From an uncultured Actinomycetota bacterium (GTDB taxonomy: Bacteria; Actinomycetota; Actinomycetes; CAVWCF01), in contig CAVOOM010000008.1 in the NCBI GenBank assembly GCA_963697565.1, positions 125,970 to 189,969 on the forward strand: DNA of 64,000 nt, written 5' to 3'. The notes under the pieces were generated by a model. That model was not told the DNA's origin, made no database searches, and saw nothing but the letters and a program-made list of their open reading frames with translations. The position numbers and the translations under genes are program-made. Shown here piece by piece: positions 53,502-63,273 of this stretch (the stretch's first letter is position 1; every line of letters begins with the position of its first letter).

Positions 53502-54380
53502 ATGACCGCTCCCGCCGAGCCGTCCGCGCAGGCGCGCGAGGCGGCCCGGCGGTGGGGGCTTGAGCTCGTCGAGCGGTGCTCCGGGCCGTACCACGAGGTC
53601 TGGTACGCGTCGCGCGGCGACGAGCACGTCGTGCTCAAGCTCGGCGGCGAGGAGAGCCGCCGGCAGGAGGCCGCGGCCCTTCGGGCGTACGAGCGCGGGG
53701 CCGCCGACCGGCCGAGCCCCGTCTGCCGGGTGCTCGCGGAGGCCCCGGGAGCCCTGCTGCTCGAGCGGATCCTGCTGGGCGACGACCTGCGGCCGTTGGC
53801 GGCGGCGGACGACGACGCGGCCACCGCGCTGGCCGCGGGGCTGCTGGCCCGGCTCCACGCCGCGGCCCGTCGGTCGGCGGCCGAGTCCGGGCGGCCGGAG
53901 GGCAGCCCGGCGCTGGAGGCCATCGCGGAGGCGTTCGACCGGTACCGCGCGGCCGGGTCTGATCGGATCCCGCCCGACCTGCTGGACCGGGCCGAGCGGA
54001 TCACCCGCGGGCTGTCCGCGCCCGGCCCCGATGACCTGCTGCTGCACGGCGACCTGCACCACCAGAACGTGCTGCGCCACGGCGTCGGCGGGCCGGCCGA
54101 TGTCTGGCGGGCGATCGACCCCCGGGGCTGGTGGGGCGACCCGGCCTTTGACACCGCGGCCTTCATGGTCAACCCCCACGAAGGGGGACTGGTGCGCGAC
54201 CACCCCGAGCGGCAGGCCCGCCGGCGTGCCTCGATCCTCGCCGAGATCACCGGCCTTGACCGCGAGCGGATCCTCGCCTGGGCCCTGGCCGGGGCGGTGA
54301 TCGCCGAGCTGTGGTGCCTGGAGGACCACGGCTTCGTGCAGGGCGGCCCGCTGCGGCTGGCCCGCGCGCTGGCCGGCTGA
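53502..54380 (+). CDS. Aminoglycoside phosphotransferase-fold kinase (APH(6)-like)
   Basis: VLKL, LLLER, LLHGDLHHQNVL, AIDP..GDP.FD. Confidence 0.8.
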   Translation: MTAPAEPSAQAREAARRWGLELVERCSGPYHEVWYASRGDEHVVLKLGGEESRRQEAAALRAYERGAADRPSPVCRVLAEAPGALLLERILLGDDLRPLAAADDDAATALAAGLLARLHAAARRSAAESGRPEGSPALEAIAEAFDRYRAAGSDRIPPDLLDRAERITRGLSAPGPDDLLLHGDLHHQNVLRHGVGGPADVWRAIDPRGWWGDPAFDTAAFMVNPHEGGLVRDHPERQARRRASILAEITGLDRERILAWALAGAVIAELWCLEDHGFVQGGPLRLARALAG

Positions 54381-54498
54381 GCGGCCCGCGCGGCACTCCG
54401 CCCCCCGGGTCGCCGGGGGCGCAGTGGCAGGGGAATACTCAGACGTATCCGCCGCGCACCCCTGCCCGCGCGGCGCCGGCTGAAAGGGCCCGCGAGCC

Positions 54499-55713
54499 AT
54501 GGGACGACTGGCGCAGACCGAAGGCCTCACCGAGGACCAGCGCGACATCCTGCAGGCGGTCCACGACTTCGTGGAAGCCGAGATCATCCCCAACGCCCAG
54601 GAGCTCGAGCACTCCGACACCTACCCGGAGGAGATCGTCGAGGGCATGAAGGCGATGGGGATCTTCGGCCTGATGATCCCCGAGGAGTACGGCGGCCTCG
54701 GTGAGTCGCTGCTGACGTACGCCCTGTGCGTCGAGGAGATCGCCCGCGGCTGGATGAGCGTCAGCGGCATCGTCAACACCCACTTCATCGTCGCTTACAT
54801 GCTCAAGCAGCACGGCACCGACGAGCAGAAGGCGTACTTCCTGCCGAAGATGGCCGCCGGCGAGACCCGCGGCGCGTTCTCGATGTCGGAGCCGCACTGC
54901 GGCTCGGACGTCTCGGCGATCAAGTCCAAGGCTGTTCGTGATGGCGCGGACGGCGACAGTTACATTCTCGACGGCCAGAAGATGTGGCTGACCAACGGCG
55001 GCACGTCCTCGCTGGTCGCCACCCTCGTGCGCACCGACGACGAGGCCCCGGCGGGCGCCAACGTCTACAAGCGGATGACCACGTTCCTGATTGAGAAGCC
55101 GCCCGGCTTCGGCGAGGTGCTGCCCGGCCTCACCATCCCCGGCAAGATCGACAAGATGGGCTACAAGGGCGTCGACACCACCGAGATGGTGATGGACGGC
55201 CTGCGGCTGCCCGCCGACCGGATCCTCGGCGGCGAGCCGGGCAAGGGCTTCTACCAGATGATGGACGGCGTCGAGGTGGGCCGCGTCAACGTCGCCGCCC
55301 GCGCCTGCGGCGTCTCGGTCCGGGCCTTCGAGCTGGGGGTGGCCTACGCCCAGCAGCGCGAGACCTTCGGCAAGCCGATCGCCGAGCACCAGGCGGTGAA
55401 CTTCCGGCTGGCCGACATGGCCGTCAAGGTCGAGGCCGCCCACCAGATGATGGTCCGCGCCGCCCGCACCAAGGACTCCGGCGCCCGCAACGACCTCGAG
55501 GCGGGCATGGCCAAGTACCTTGCGAGCGAGTACTGCAAGGAGGTCGTCGAGGACTCCTTCCGGATCCACGGCGGCTACGGCTACGCCAAGGAGTACGAGA
55601 TCGAGCGGCTCTACCGCGAGGCGCCGATGCTGATGATCGGCGAGGGCACCGCGGACATCCAGCGCATGATCATCGGCCGCCGGCTGCTGGAGGACTACAA
55701 ACTGCGCGCCTGA
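54499..55713 (+). CDS. Acyl-CoA dehydrogenase (methylsuccinyl-CoA dehydrogenase-like)
   Basis: PEEYGG, FSMSEPHCGSD, GQKMWLTNG, IHGGYGY, IGEGT. Confidence 0.92.
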   Translation: MGRLAQTEGLTEDQRDILQAVHDFVEAEIIPNAQELEHSDTYPEEIVEGMKAMGIFGLMIPEEYGGLGESLLTYALCVEEIARGWMSVSGIVNTHFIVAYMLKQHGTDEQKAYFLPKMAAGETRGAFSMSEPHCGSDVSAIKSKAVRDGADGDSYILDGQKMWLTNGGTSSLVATLVRTDDEAPAGANVYKRMTTFLIEKPPGFGEVLPGLTIPGKIDKMGYKGVDTTEMVMDGLRLPADRILGGEPGKGFYQMMDGVEVGRVNVAARACGVSVRAFELGVAYAQQRETFGKPIAEHQAVNFRLADMAVKVEAAHQMMVRAARTKDSGARNDLEAGMAKYLASEYCKEVVEDSFRIHGGYGYAKEYEIERLYREAPMLMIGEGTADIQRMIIGRRLLEDYKLRA

Positions 55714-55744
55714 TCGAGCACTATCCGACTCACGAGGAGCACCC

Positions 55745-56230
55745 ATGGGCAGCAAGGCGAGCAACCCCGTTGTCGCCACCTTCGGCGACTACGCGGGAGC
55801 CCAGCGCGCCGTCGACTTCCTCTCCGACCAGAAGTTCCCGGTCGAGGCCGTCGCCATCGTCGGCAACGGCCTGCGCATGGTCGAGAACGTCGTCGGCAGG
55901 CTGTCCTGGGGGCGGGCGATGCTGTCGGGATTCGTCGGGGGCGCCTGGGTCGGCCTGCTGGTCGGCCTGCTCATCGCGCTGTTCGCGGAGCGGCCGTTCA
56001 ACGTCATGCTCTGGGCGGCGCTCTACGGCGGGGTGTTCGGGCTGGTCTTCGGCGTGATCGGCTACGCCTTCTCCGGCGGCCGCCGCGACTTCGTGTCCAC
56101 CCAGTCGCTGGTCGCCACGTCGTACGACGTCACCTGTGAGCCCGCCCAGGCCGATGAGGCCCGGCGGCTGCTCGCGCAGACCCCGGTGCTCGACGGCCCG
56201 GGCGGGCCGCCCCCAGCCGCCGCCGTCTGA
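55745..56230 (+). CDS. General stress protein-like (YflT-type) membrane protein
   Basis: Y..AQRAVDFLSDQKFPVE..AIVG, glycine-rich TM pair, RDF.S. Confidence 0.8.
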   Translation: MGSKASNPVVATFGDYAGAQRAVDFLSDQKFPVEAVAIVGNGLRMVENVVGRLSWGRAMLSGFVGGAWVGLLVGLLIALFAERPFNVMLWAALYGGVFGLVFGVIGYAFSGGRRDFVSTQSLVATSYDVTCEPAQADEARRLLAQTPVLDGPGGPPPAAAV

Positions 56231-56237
56231 CAGCGCG

Positions 56238-57262
56238 ATGGCGGCCGGACTCGCCGGTGCCTTCCACGAGCAGGCGATCGAGTGCGCCCGGCACGGATCT
56301 GCGCTCTACGCCTCCCTGTGTGAGCACCTCGCCCTCGATCTTGAGCGCGGCGGGCCGACCGAGGACCTGCTGGCCGGATTCGCCGCCTCGCCCCCGCCGC
56401 TGCTCCCGCTGCGCCTGCTCGGCGGGATCCACGCGGCGGTCTTGTCCCGCGAGGCGCCCGAGCTCGCCCTGCACTTCCCGTCGGTCGGAGGCGAGGCCGG
56501 ACCCGACGGCGCCTGGCCGGCCCTGAGGCAGTTGATCGCCGAGCGGCCGGAGGTCCTCACCCCCTGGCTGGCCCGCACGCCGCAGACCAACGAGGTCGGC
56601 CGGTGCGCGGTGCTGGCGGGCGGCCTCGCGTACGCCACCGCGCTCTGCGGCGTGGCCGACGTCAACCTGCGCGAGGTGGGCTCCAGCGCGGGGCTCAACC
56701 TGCGGGTCGACGCCTATCGGATCGCCGGGCGCGGCCCGGTCGACAGCCCGGTGGACCTCGGCGACGCTTGGCGCGGGGCCGTGCCGCCGGAGGCCCCCTG
56801 GAGGATCGCCGACCGGCGGGGCTGCGACGCCGACCCCGTTGACCCGGCCAGCACGGAGGGACGGCTCGCGCTCACCGCGTACGTGTGGCCCGACGACCGG
56901 CCGCGCTTCGAGCGGCTGCGGGCGGCCCTCGAGGTGGCCGCGCGGATCCCAGCCGTCGTCGAGCGCGCCGACGCCGTCGACTGGGTGCGCGGCCTGTCCC
57001 CGACGAGCGAGCGGCTCACCGTCGTGTGGCACTCCGTGGTGGCGCTCTACCTGCCCCGGGATCGCCGCGTGGAGTTGGCCGAGTCCGTGGCCGCTCTGGG
57101 CGCGCTTGCCGCGCCGGGGTCGCCGGTGGCCTGGCTGAGGATGGAGCCGGAGGGTCGCGGGGAGACGTTCCCGGTGCGGCTGACCCTTTGGACGGGCGGC
57201 GGCCGGAGGCGGCCGCGACATCGTGCTGGGCGCTGCGCGGCCGCATGGGATTCCGGTTGACT
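56238..57262 (+). CDS. DUF2332 family protein (3' frameshift)
   Basis: QA..C...GS.LY, PQTNEVGR, EVGSSAGLNL, AYVWPD, WHSVV..Y. Confidence 0.82.
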
Positions 57263-57287
57263 GGGCGGCGGCAGGAGAGGAGCCAAC

Positions 57288-58613
57288 GTGACCGAGCCAG
57301 CCGAGTCGGCCAGGCGGCCGAAGCCCGTGGTGGCGGGCTTCCCCGACCACTTCCTCTGGGGCACCGCGACGTGCGCCCACCAGATCGAGGGCGGCAACAG
57401 CCACAGCGACTGGTGGGAGTTCGAGCAGCAGCCCGGACGCATCGCCAACGGCGAGCGCAGCGGGGCCGCGGCCGACCACTGGAACCGGGTCGACGACGAC
57501 ATCGAGCTGATGACCCGGCTGGGGGCCAACTCCTACCGGATGGGGATCGAGTGGGCCCGCCTGGAGCCGGAGGACGGCGGAGCGGGGGCGCCGCTGTGGG
57601 ACGAGGCCGCCTGGGACCACTACCGGCGTGAGATCGACGGGCTGCTCGCCGCGGGCATCGAGCCAATGGTCACCCTGCTGCACTTCACCCTGCCGTTGTG
57701 GCTGTCGCGGCGGGGAGGCGTCTGCGCGCTGGACTTCCCCGCCCGGTTCGGGCGGTTCGCCGCCGAGGCGGCCCGGCGGCTGCCCGACGTCCGGCTGTGG
57801 TGCACGATCAACGAGCCCAACGTGGTGATGTTCTTCGGCTACGTCGACGGCGTCTTCCCGCCCGGGGTCAAGGACCCCAAGCGGGCCGTCCGGGCCCTGC
57901 TCGGCCAGCTGCGGGGGCACGCCGCGGCCGCCCAGGCGCTGCGCGCGGTGGCCCCGTACGCGATGGTCGGCGTGGCCAACCACCTGTCGCGGCTCGAGCC
58001 GCTGCGCCCGCGCAACCCGCTGGACCGGATCGCCGCCCGCCAGGCGGACAAGGCGTTCAACTGGAGCTTCCAAGACTCGATCCACGAGGGCCGCGCGCGG
58101 ATGAAGGCGCTCGGCTTTCCCACGCTGGACGAGCCGATCGAGGGGCTCAAGGGCTCCACGGACTTCTTCGGTTTGCAGTACTACACGCGCAACCTGCTGG
58201 GGTTCTCGATGGGGACGCCGGGCATGGTGCGGCGCGAGGTCGCGTCCGGCGCGGTCTCCGATCTGGGCTGGGAGATCTACCCGCAGGGGTTTGAGCAGGT
58301 GATCCGCGAGGCCTGGGCGCGCTACCGGCTGCCCGTCATCGTGACGGAGAACGGGATCGCCGACGCGAAGGGCGACCTGCGTCCGTCGTACCTGACCTCC
58401 CATGTCGCGGCGATGCGCCGCGCGATGGCCGACGGGGTGCCGGTGCTCGGCTACTACCACTGGTCGCTGCTCGACAACTTCGAGTGGGCGGAGGGCTTCG
58501 ACCCCCGCTTCGGGCTCTACCGGGTCGACTACGCCACCCAGGAGCGGCACGAGACCCCTGCGTGCGCGGTGTTCCGCGAGCTGGCCACCGGAGGGTCGCC
58601 GGCCGGCTCTTGA
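57288..58613 (+). CDS. Glycoside hydrolase family 1 beta-glucosidase
   Basis: FLWGTAT.AHQIEG, TINEP (acid/base), VTENG (nucleophile), WSLLDNFEW, RFGL. Confidence 0.93.
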   Translation: MTEPAESARRPKPVVAGFPDHFLWGTATCAHQIEGGNSHSDWWEFEQQPGRIANGERSGAAADHWNRVDDDIELMTRLGANSYRMGIEWARLEPEDGGAGAPLWDEAAWDHYRREIDGLLAAGIEPMVTLLHFTLPLWLSRRGGVCALDFPARFGRFAAEAARRLPDVRLWCTINEPNVVMFFGYVDGVFPPGVKDPKRAVRALLGQLRGHAAAAQALRAVAPYAMVGVANHLSRLEPLRPRNPLDRIAARQADKAFNWSFQDSIHEGRARMKALGFPTLDEPIEGLKGSTDFFGLQYYTRNLLGFSMGTPGMVRREVASGAVSDLGWEIYPQGFEQVIREAWARYRLPVIVTENGIADAKGDLRPSYLTSHVAAMRRAMADGVPVLGYYHWSLLDNFEWAEGFDPRFGLYRVDYATQERHETPACAVFRELATGGSPAGS

Positions 58614-58644
58614 CCCGCGGGCCCGGCGGGAGCACGGTTTCGGT

Positions 58645-59270
58645 ATGCGCGCCGAGCCGACCTGCCCGCGCTGCGGCTCACCGCTCGCCGCCCCCGGCCT
58701 GCGGTCGAGCGCGTGGGCGTGCCCGCTGCACGGAGCCGTGGCCCCGCTCCAGCCGATCCCGCCGCTGACGCCGCAAGCCGTCGTCACCGCGGCGCGGGCC
58801 AGCGGGGTCCCGGTGTGGGTGCCCTGGCCGCTTCCGCCGGCTTGGCTGGTGACCGGGGTGCGCCAGGTGGGGGACGAGCGGGGCCCGGCCCGGGCAGTCG
58901 CCGTCGCCGTGAGCGGCCCGGCGCCGCTGGGAGGGGTGGCCGACCTGGTCCTGGTGGCGGAGGAACCTGGGATCGGGCTGGGCGCCCGGTTCGCGGGCCT
59001 GGACGGCGCCGATCCGGGCGCGGGTTCGATGCCGGTCCACCGGCGGCGAAGGTTGAGGTCTCCGGGCGCCCCTGCGCGTTGTGGGAGGTGGTGGGCGCGG
59101 CCGATCGCTCGGCCTTCGTGGGTGAGGCCGCGGGCTGCTGGCTGTGGGCGGTGGTCTGGCCGGAGACGGCCGGCCTCGTGGTGCACGACCGGCTGGCGCT
59201 GCTCGACCTCAGGGATCCGGGGCACTCGCTCGACCTGCCCTTCGGCGCCCCCAGCCCTCGCCTCGCCTGA
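58645..59270 (+). CDS. DUF6758-like conserved actinobacterial protein (frameshift near 59035)
   Basis: CPRCG...W.CPLHG, WVPWPLP, AEEPGIGLGAR, VGEAAG.WLW; lies directly before the PHP gene. Confidence 0.75.
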
Positions 59271-59301
59271 CGGCTGCGGCCGGCCCGTACGCTGACGGGC
59301 G

Positions 59302-60189
59302 ATGAAGGCCGACCTGCACTCCCACACCCGGGCCTCGGACGGCACCGACTCGCCAGCTGAGTTGATCGCGGCGGCGGTGTCCGCGGGGCTGGACCTGCTG
59401 GCCCTCACCGATCACGACACCTTCCGGGCGGTCGCCGAGACGGGTGCGCTGGCCGAGGCGGCTGGCATCGCCTTGCTGCCAGGGGCCGAGCTGACCTGTG
59501 TGACGGCCGCCGGGGTGACTCTCCACCTGCTCGCGTACGCGCCGTCGCCGGACGACCGCGTCCTGGCTGAGCAGATGGCGTTGGTACGCGACGACCGCGT
59601 GCCGCGGGCCCGGCGGATCATCCGCCGGCTGCGCGAGGAGGGCGGCTACGCGGTCACCGACGAGCAGGTGCTGGCGATCGCAGGGGGAGCGGCGTCGGTC
59701 GGGCGCCCGCACATCGCCCAGGCCCTGGTCGGGGCCGGGGGTGCAAGCAGCGTCCAAGATGCTTTCGACCGCCTGCTGGCCAACGGCCGGCCGTACTACG
59801 AGCCGCACCACGCGATGCCGGTGCTCGACGCCATCGGCTGGGTGCGCGGGGCGGGAGGGGCCCCCGTCTTCGCCCACTCGCTGGCGCGCCTGCGCGGCCC
59901 GGTCGTGTCCGACGAGGACTTCGAGCAGATGGTCGAGGCCGGGCTGGCCGGGGTCGAGGTCGACCACGTCGACCACGCGGAGGAGGACCGCGCCTGGTTG
60001 CGGTCCTTCGCCGCCACGCACGACCTGCTGACGACGGGCTCAAGCGACTACCACGGCGCGCGCAAGGAGGGGCTGCGGCTCGGCGCCAACACCACCCCTG
60101 ACGACCAGGTCGAGCGGCTGCTCGCCGAGGTCGGCCTCACCCTCGAGTCACTGCCAGCAGCAGCCCGCCGATACGCGGGTGCGCCGTGA
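59302..60189 (+). CDS. PHP domain phosphoesterase
   Basis: DLHSHT.ASDG, LTDHD, GRPHIA, FAH, GSSDYHG. Confidence 0.9.
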   Translation: MKADLHSHTRASDGTDSPAELIAAAVSAGLDLLALTDHDTFRAVAETGALAEAAGIALLPGAELTCVTAAGVTLHLLAYAPSPDDRVLAEQMALVRDDRVPRARRIIRRLREEGGYAVTDEQVLAIAGGAASVGRPHIAQALVGAGGASSVQDAFDRLLANGRPYYEPHHAMPVLDAIGWVRGAGGAPVFAHSLARLRGPVVSDEDFEQMVEAGLAGVEVDHVDHAEEDRAWLRSFAATHDLLTTGSSDYHGARKEGLRLGANTTPDDQVERLLAEVGLTLESLPAAARRYAGAP

Positions 60190-61076
60190 CCGCCGCCGAC
60201 GGCCAGTTGGGGCTGGCGGGCATGCCGCGCCGACTGGTGACCACCTCGCCGTCGAAGCTGGGCGCGTGGGTCGACTGCCCGCGGAAGTACCGCTTCGCGT
60301 ACGTGGACCGGCCCACTCCGCCGAAAGGCGCACCCTGGGCGCACAGCAGCCTGGGGGCCAGCATCCACAACGCCCTCGCCTCCTGGTGGAGCCTGCCGAT
60401 AGAGCGGCGCGACCCCGAGGAGGCCGGGCGGCTCCTGCAGACCGGCTGGCTGGAGGACGGCTACCGCGACGACGCGCAGTCGGCGCAGTGGCTGGCCCGG
60501 GCCCGCGAGATGGTTACGGCGTACGTCGCCGCCCTGGACCCGGCCGACGAGCCACGCGGGGTCGAGCGCTCGGTGGGCTACCGGACCGAGGCGATCTCGG
60601 TCACCGGGCGGGTCGACCGGATTGACGAGCGGCCCAGCGAGGACGGCGGCCGCGAGCTCGTCATCGTCGACTACAAGACCGGGCGCTCGGCGCTGACCGT
60701 CGATGATGCGCGCGGCTCCCTGCAGTTGGCCCTCTACGCCCTCGCGGCGGCGGGCGTGCTGCGGCTGCGGTGCCGCCGGGTCGAGCTGCACCACCTGCCG
60801 ACGGCGCGGGTCCTGGCCTGGGAGCACACGCCGCAGTCGCTGGAGCGCCAGCTTAGGCGGGCCGAGGCCATCGCCCTCGAGGCCCGCGATGCCACCGACG
60901 CGGCGGCGGACGGAAGACCCGTCGACGAGGCCTTCCCGGCCAGGACCGGCCCGCTGTGCCAGTACTGCGACTGGCGGGCGCGCTGCCCGGAGGGCCAGGC
61001 GGCCTCCCGCGCCCTGCAGCCCTGGGACGGGCTGGCGCGCGAGGACGCCGTCCTTGACGAGCCGCTGGAGGGGTAG
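60186..61076 (+). CDS. PD-(D/E)XK RecB/AddB-family nuclease
   Basis: SPS...CP, G..IH, GRVDRID, IVDYKTG, QLALY, CQYC.....C. Confidence 0.88.
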   Translation: MTAADGQLGLAGMPRRLVTTSPSKLGAWVDCPRKYRFAYVDRPTPPKGAPWAHSSLGASIHNALASWWSLPIERRDPEEAGRLLQTGWLEDGYRDDAQSAQWLARAREMVTAYVAALDPADEPRGVERSVGYRTEAISVTGRVDRIDERPSEDGGRELVIVDYKTGRSALTVDDARGSLQLALYALAAAGVLRLRCRRVELHHLPTARVLAWEHTPQSLERQLRRAEAIALEARDATDAAADGRPVDEAFPARTGPLCQYCDWRARCPEGQAASRALQPWDGLAREDAVLDEPLEG

Positions 61077-61092
61077 CCCGTCCGGCCCGCGC

Positions 61093-61983
61093 TCAGCGGT
61101 CGGCCGACCGCCAGAACGCGTCCAGCTCGGCCGCCGTCTCCGCGGGGCGCTCCGCGGCCGGGGAGTGCACGGCGCCCGGGATGCAGACGGCGGGCACCCC
61201 GAGCCGCTCCGCCATCTGCTCCTGGTCGCTGACCGGCCAGCCGTCGTCGTGCTCGCCGAAGACCACCTGGGCGGGCAGACCCTCGGGGCGGCCGATCACC
61301 CCGGCCAGGGCGGCCACCTCATCCGGCGCAGTCCGCAGCTGCCGCGCCTTGGCGGCCAGCCCGGTCGGCGAGTTGGCGAGGAACCGCCGCTCCAGGAACC
61401 CGGCCGTCTCGGGGTGCTCGGGGGGCCACCAGCCGGTGGCCCGGTCGAGCTCGCACTTGGCCCGCCAGACCGCCTCGATCCCGTGCACCGGCAGGGCCTG
61501 CTCGAGTTGGAGCAGGGTCTGCTGCTGCTGCGCGCCGGGCATCGCGCCAGGACCGCTGGAGAGCAGGGTGAGGGAGGCGAAGCGGCCGGGGGCGCTGAGC
61601 ACGGCCGCCCGCGCCACGAGCCCGCCGAACGAGTGGCCGACCAGATGCGGCCGACCGCCGAGCGCGTCGACGACGGCGAGCACGTCCTGGCCGAGCGCGC
61701 CGATCGCGTACGCCTCGGCGGGGTCGTCGCGGCCGGCCCCGTGCTGGGCGCTCTCGTACTGGCCGCGCTGGTCGTACGCCACGACCCGCCAACCCGCGGC
61801 GGCCAGCGGCTCCAGCACGGCGATGAAGTCCTCCTTGCTGCCGGTGAAGCCCGGGATCAGCAGGGCGAGTCCGCGCTCGGCCCCGGCCGCGGGCAGATCA
61901 AGCGCGGCGAACGAGCCGCGCGCCGTCGTGATGGTGGTGCGGCAGGTGCCCGGTGGAGGGTCGAGGAACGGGGGGTTGCTCAT
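61093..61983 (-). CDS. Alpha/beta fold hydrolase
   Basis: PGFTGSKEDF, DQRG, GHSFGG, GEHD, HSP. Confidence 0.88.
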   Translation of the reverse strand: MSNPPFLDPPPGTCRTTITTARGSFAALDLPAAGAERGLALLIPGFTGSKEDFIAVLEPLAAAGWRVVAYDQRGQYESAQHGAGRDDPAEAYAIGALGQDVLAVVDALGGRPHLVGHSFGGLVARAAVLSAPGRFASLTLLSSGPGAMPGAQQQQTLLQLEQALPVHGIEAVWRAKCELDRATGWWPPEHPETAGFLERRFLANSPTGLAAKARQLRTAPDEVAALAGVIGRPEGLPAQVVFGEHDDGWPVSDQEQMAERLGVPAVCIPGAVHSPAAERPAETAAELDAFWRSADR

Positions 61984-62031
61984 TACGGGCACAATAGGCG
62001 TCGCCTCGGACCCCCTTCCGTCGGGAGCGCT

Positions 62032-62796
62032 GTGACCCGCATCATCGCCGTCGCCAACCAGAAGGGCGGCGTCGCCAAGACGACCTCGGTCGCCTCGCTC
62101 GGAGCTGCGCTGGTCGAGCAGGGCCACCGGGTTCTGCTTGTCGACCTCGACCCGCAGGCCTGCCTGACGTTCTCGCTCGGGATCGACCCCGAAGCCCTCG
62201 ACCTGAGCGTCCACGACGTGCTGCTCGGGCGGGTCGGCGCGAGCATGGCCCTGCTGGAGACCGAGGACGGCCCGGATCTGCTGCCAGCGACGATCGACCT
62301 GGCCGGCTCGGAGGCCGCCCTGCTCACCCGGGCTGGCCGCGAGTACGTCCTGCGCGAGGCGCTCGAGGAGGTCGCCCAGAGCTACGAGTTCGTGCTCATC
62401 GACTGCTCCCCATCCCTGGGCGTGCTGACCCTCAACGCGCTCACCGCGGCGGACGAGGTCATCGTGCCGCTGCAGTGCGAGACGCTGTCGCACCGCGGCG
62501 TGGGCCAGCTGCTCGACACCGTCCACGATGTGCAGCGGATCCTCAACAAGCGCCTCGTCGTCCGTGGCGTCCTGCCAACGCTGTACGACGGCCGCACCAA
62601 CCATGCGCGTGCGGTCTTGGCCGACGTCTCCGAGCGCTACGGCCTGACGGTGCTGGAGCCGCCGATCCCGAAGTCCGTGCGCTTCGCCGAGGCGCCGCTC
62701 GCCGGCCGCACCGTTCTGTCGACCGCCCGCAGGGGCAAGGGCGCCGAGGCCTATCGCGAGCACGCTCGCGCGCTGGCGGCGGGGGCCCCCGCATGA
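62032..62796 (+). CDS. ParA/Soj family ATPase (orphan)
   Basis: NQKGGVAKTT, DLDPQ, IDCSPSLG, PLQCE, VRFAEAP. Confidence 0.92.
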   Translation: MTRIIAVANQKGGVAKTTSVASLGAALVEQGHRVLLVDLDPQACLTFSLGIDPEALDLSVHDVLLGRVGASMALLETEDGPDLLPATIDLAGSEAALLTRAGREYVLREALEEVAQSYEFVLIDCSPSLGVLTLNALTAADEVIVPLQCETLSHRGVGQLLDTVHDVQRILNKRLVVRGVLPTLYDGRTNHARAVLADVSERYGLTVLEPPIPKSVRFAEAPLAGRTVLSTARRGKGAEAYREHARALAAGAPA

Positions 62797-63122
62797 GCGC
62801 CCGGCAGGACCCGGGCTTCGACCGGCTTAAGCCGCGCACCCCGCGCGCGGATGCCGCCCCCGTCGGCTCGGAGTCGATCCCCGACCAGGACGGCAAGCGG
62901 GCGCTCTTCTCCAGCCAGGTCGAGCCGGCGACGTCGGCCCCGGGCTCGGTGACGATCACCTGCTCGCAGTGCGAGGCGAGCACCTCGGTCTCGCTGCGGC
63001 AGGCGGCCCTGCTCGCGGCGCCGTCGATGCACCTGCCCTTCCTGCGGCGCGGCCACGGCTCTTACATGCGCTGCCCGGCCTGCGGTGAGCGCACCTGGGT
63101 GGCGCTCAGCCTGCACCTGTAG
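62793..63122 (+). CDS. Small putative zinc-ribbon protein coupled to ParA
   Basis: ATGA overlap with parA; CSQC and CPAC pairs. Confidence 0.7.
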   Translation: MSARQDPGFDRLKPRTPRADAAPVGSESIPDQDGKRALFSSQVEPATSAPGSVTITCSQCEASTSVSLRQAALLAAPSMHLPFLRRGHGSYMRCPACGERTWVALSLHL

Positions 63123-63273
63123 GACCCCTCGACCACGACACCCTCCACCTCAACGACAACGTGAGGGATGTCCCGGCGCGCCTCCTTGATCGCGCGGGTG
63201 CGCGCAGACACGCTGGGCGGGCTCCTTGGGCCGTGCTTCGGACAGCGGCCCTCCTTCCCCAGGAGGCTCCGGC

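Noticed and set aside
56130-59408. Very long antisense or alternative-frame ORFs (e.g. 1092 aa here; also 17982-21119, 8727-11369, 21599-24256, 43325-45778)
   Set aside because: They shadow well-supported genes, are Arg/Pro/Gly/Ala-rich without motifs, and are expected from stop-codon scarcity at this GC content.
60186-61076. CRISPR-Cas system suggested by the Cas4-like nuclease
   Set aside because: I saw no repeat-spacer array and no other cas genes in the window.
63123-63273. c-di-AMP (ydaO) riboswitch upstream of the cell-wall enzyme
   Set aside because: The characteristic conserved segments, such as GCCGAAUCC and CCCGUCAGCUAAC, are absent.
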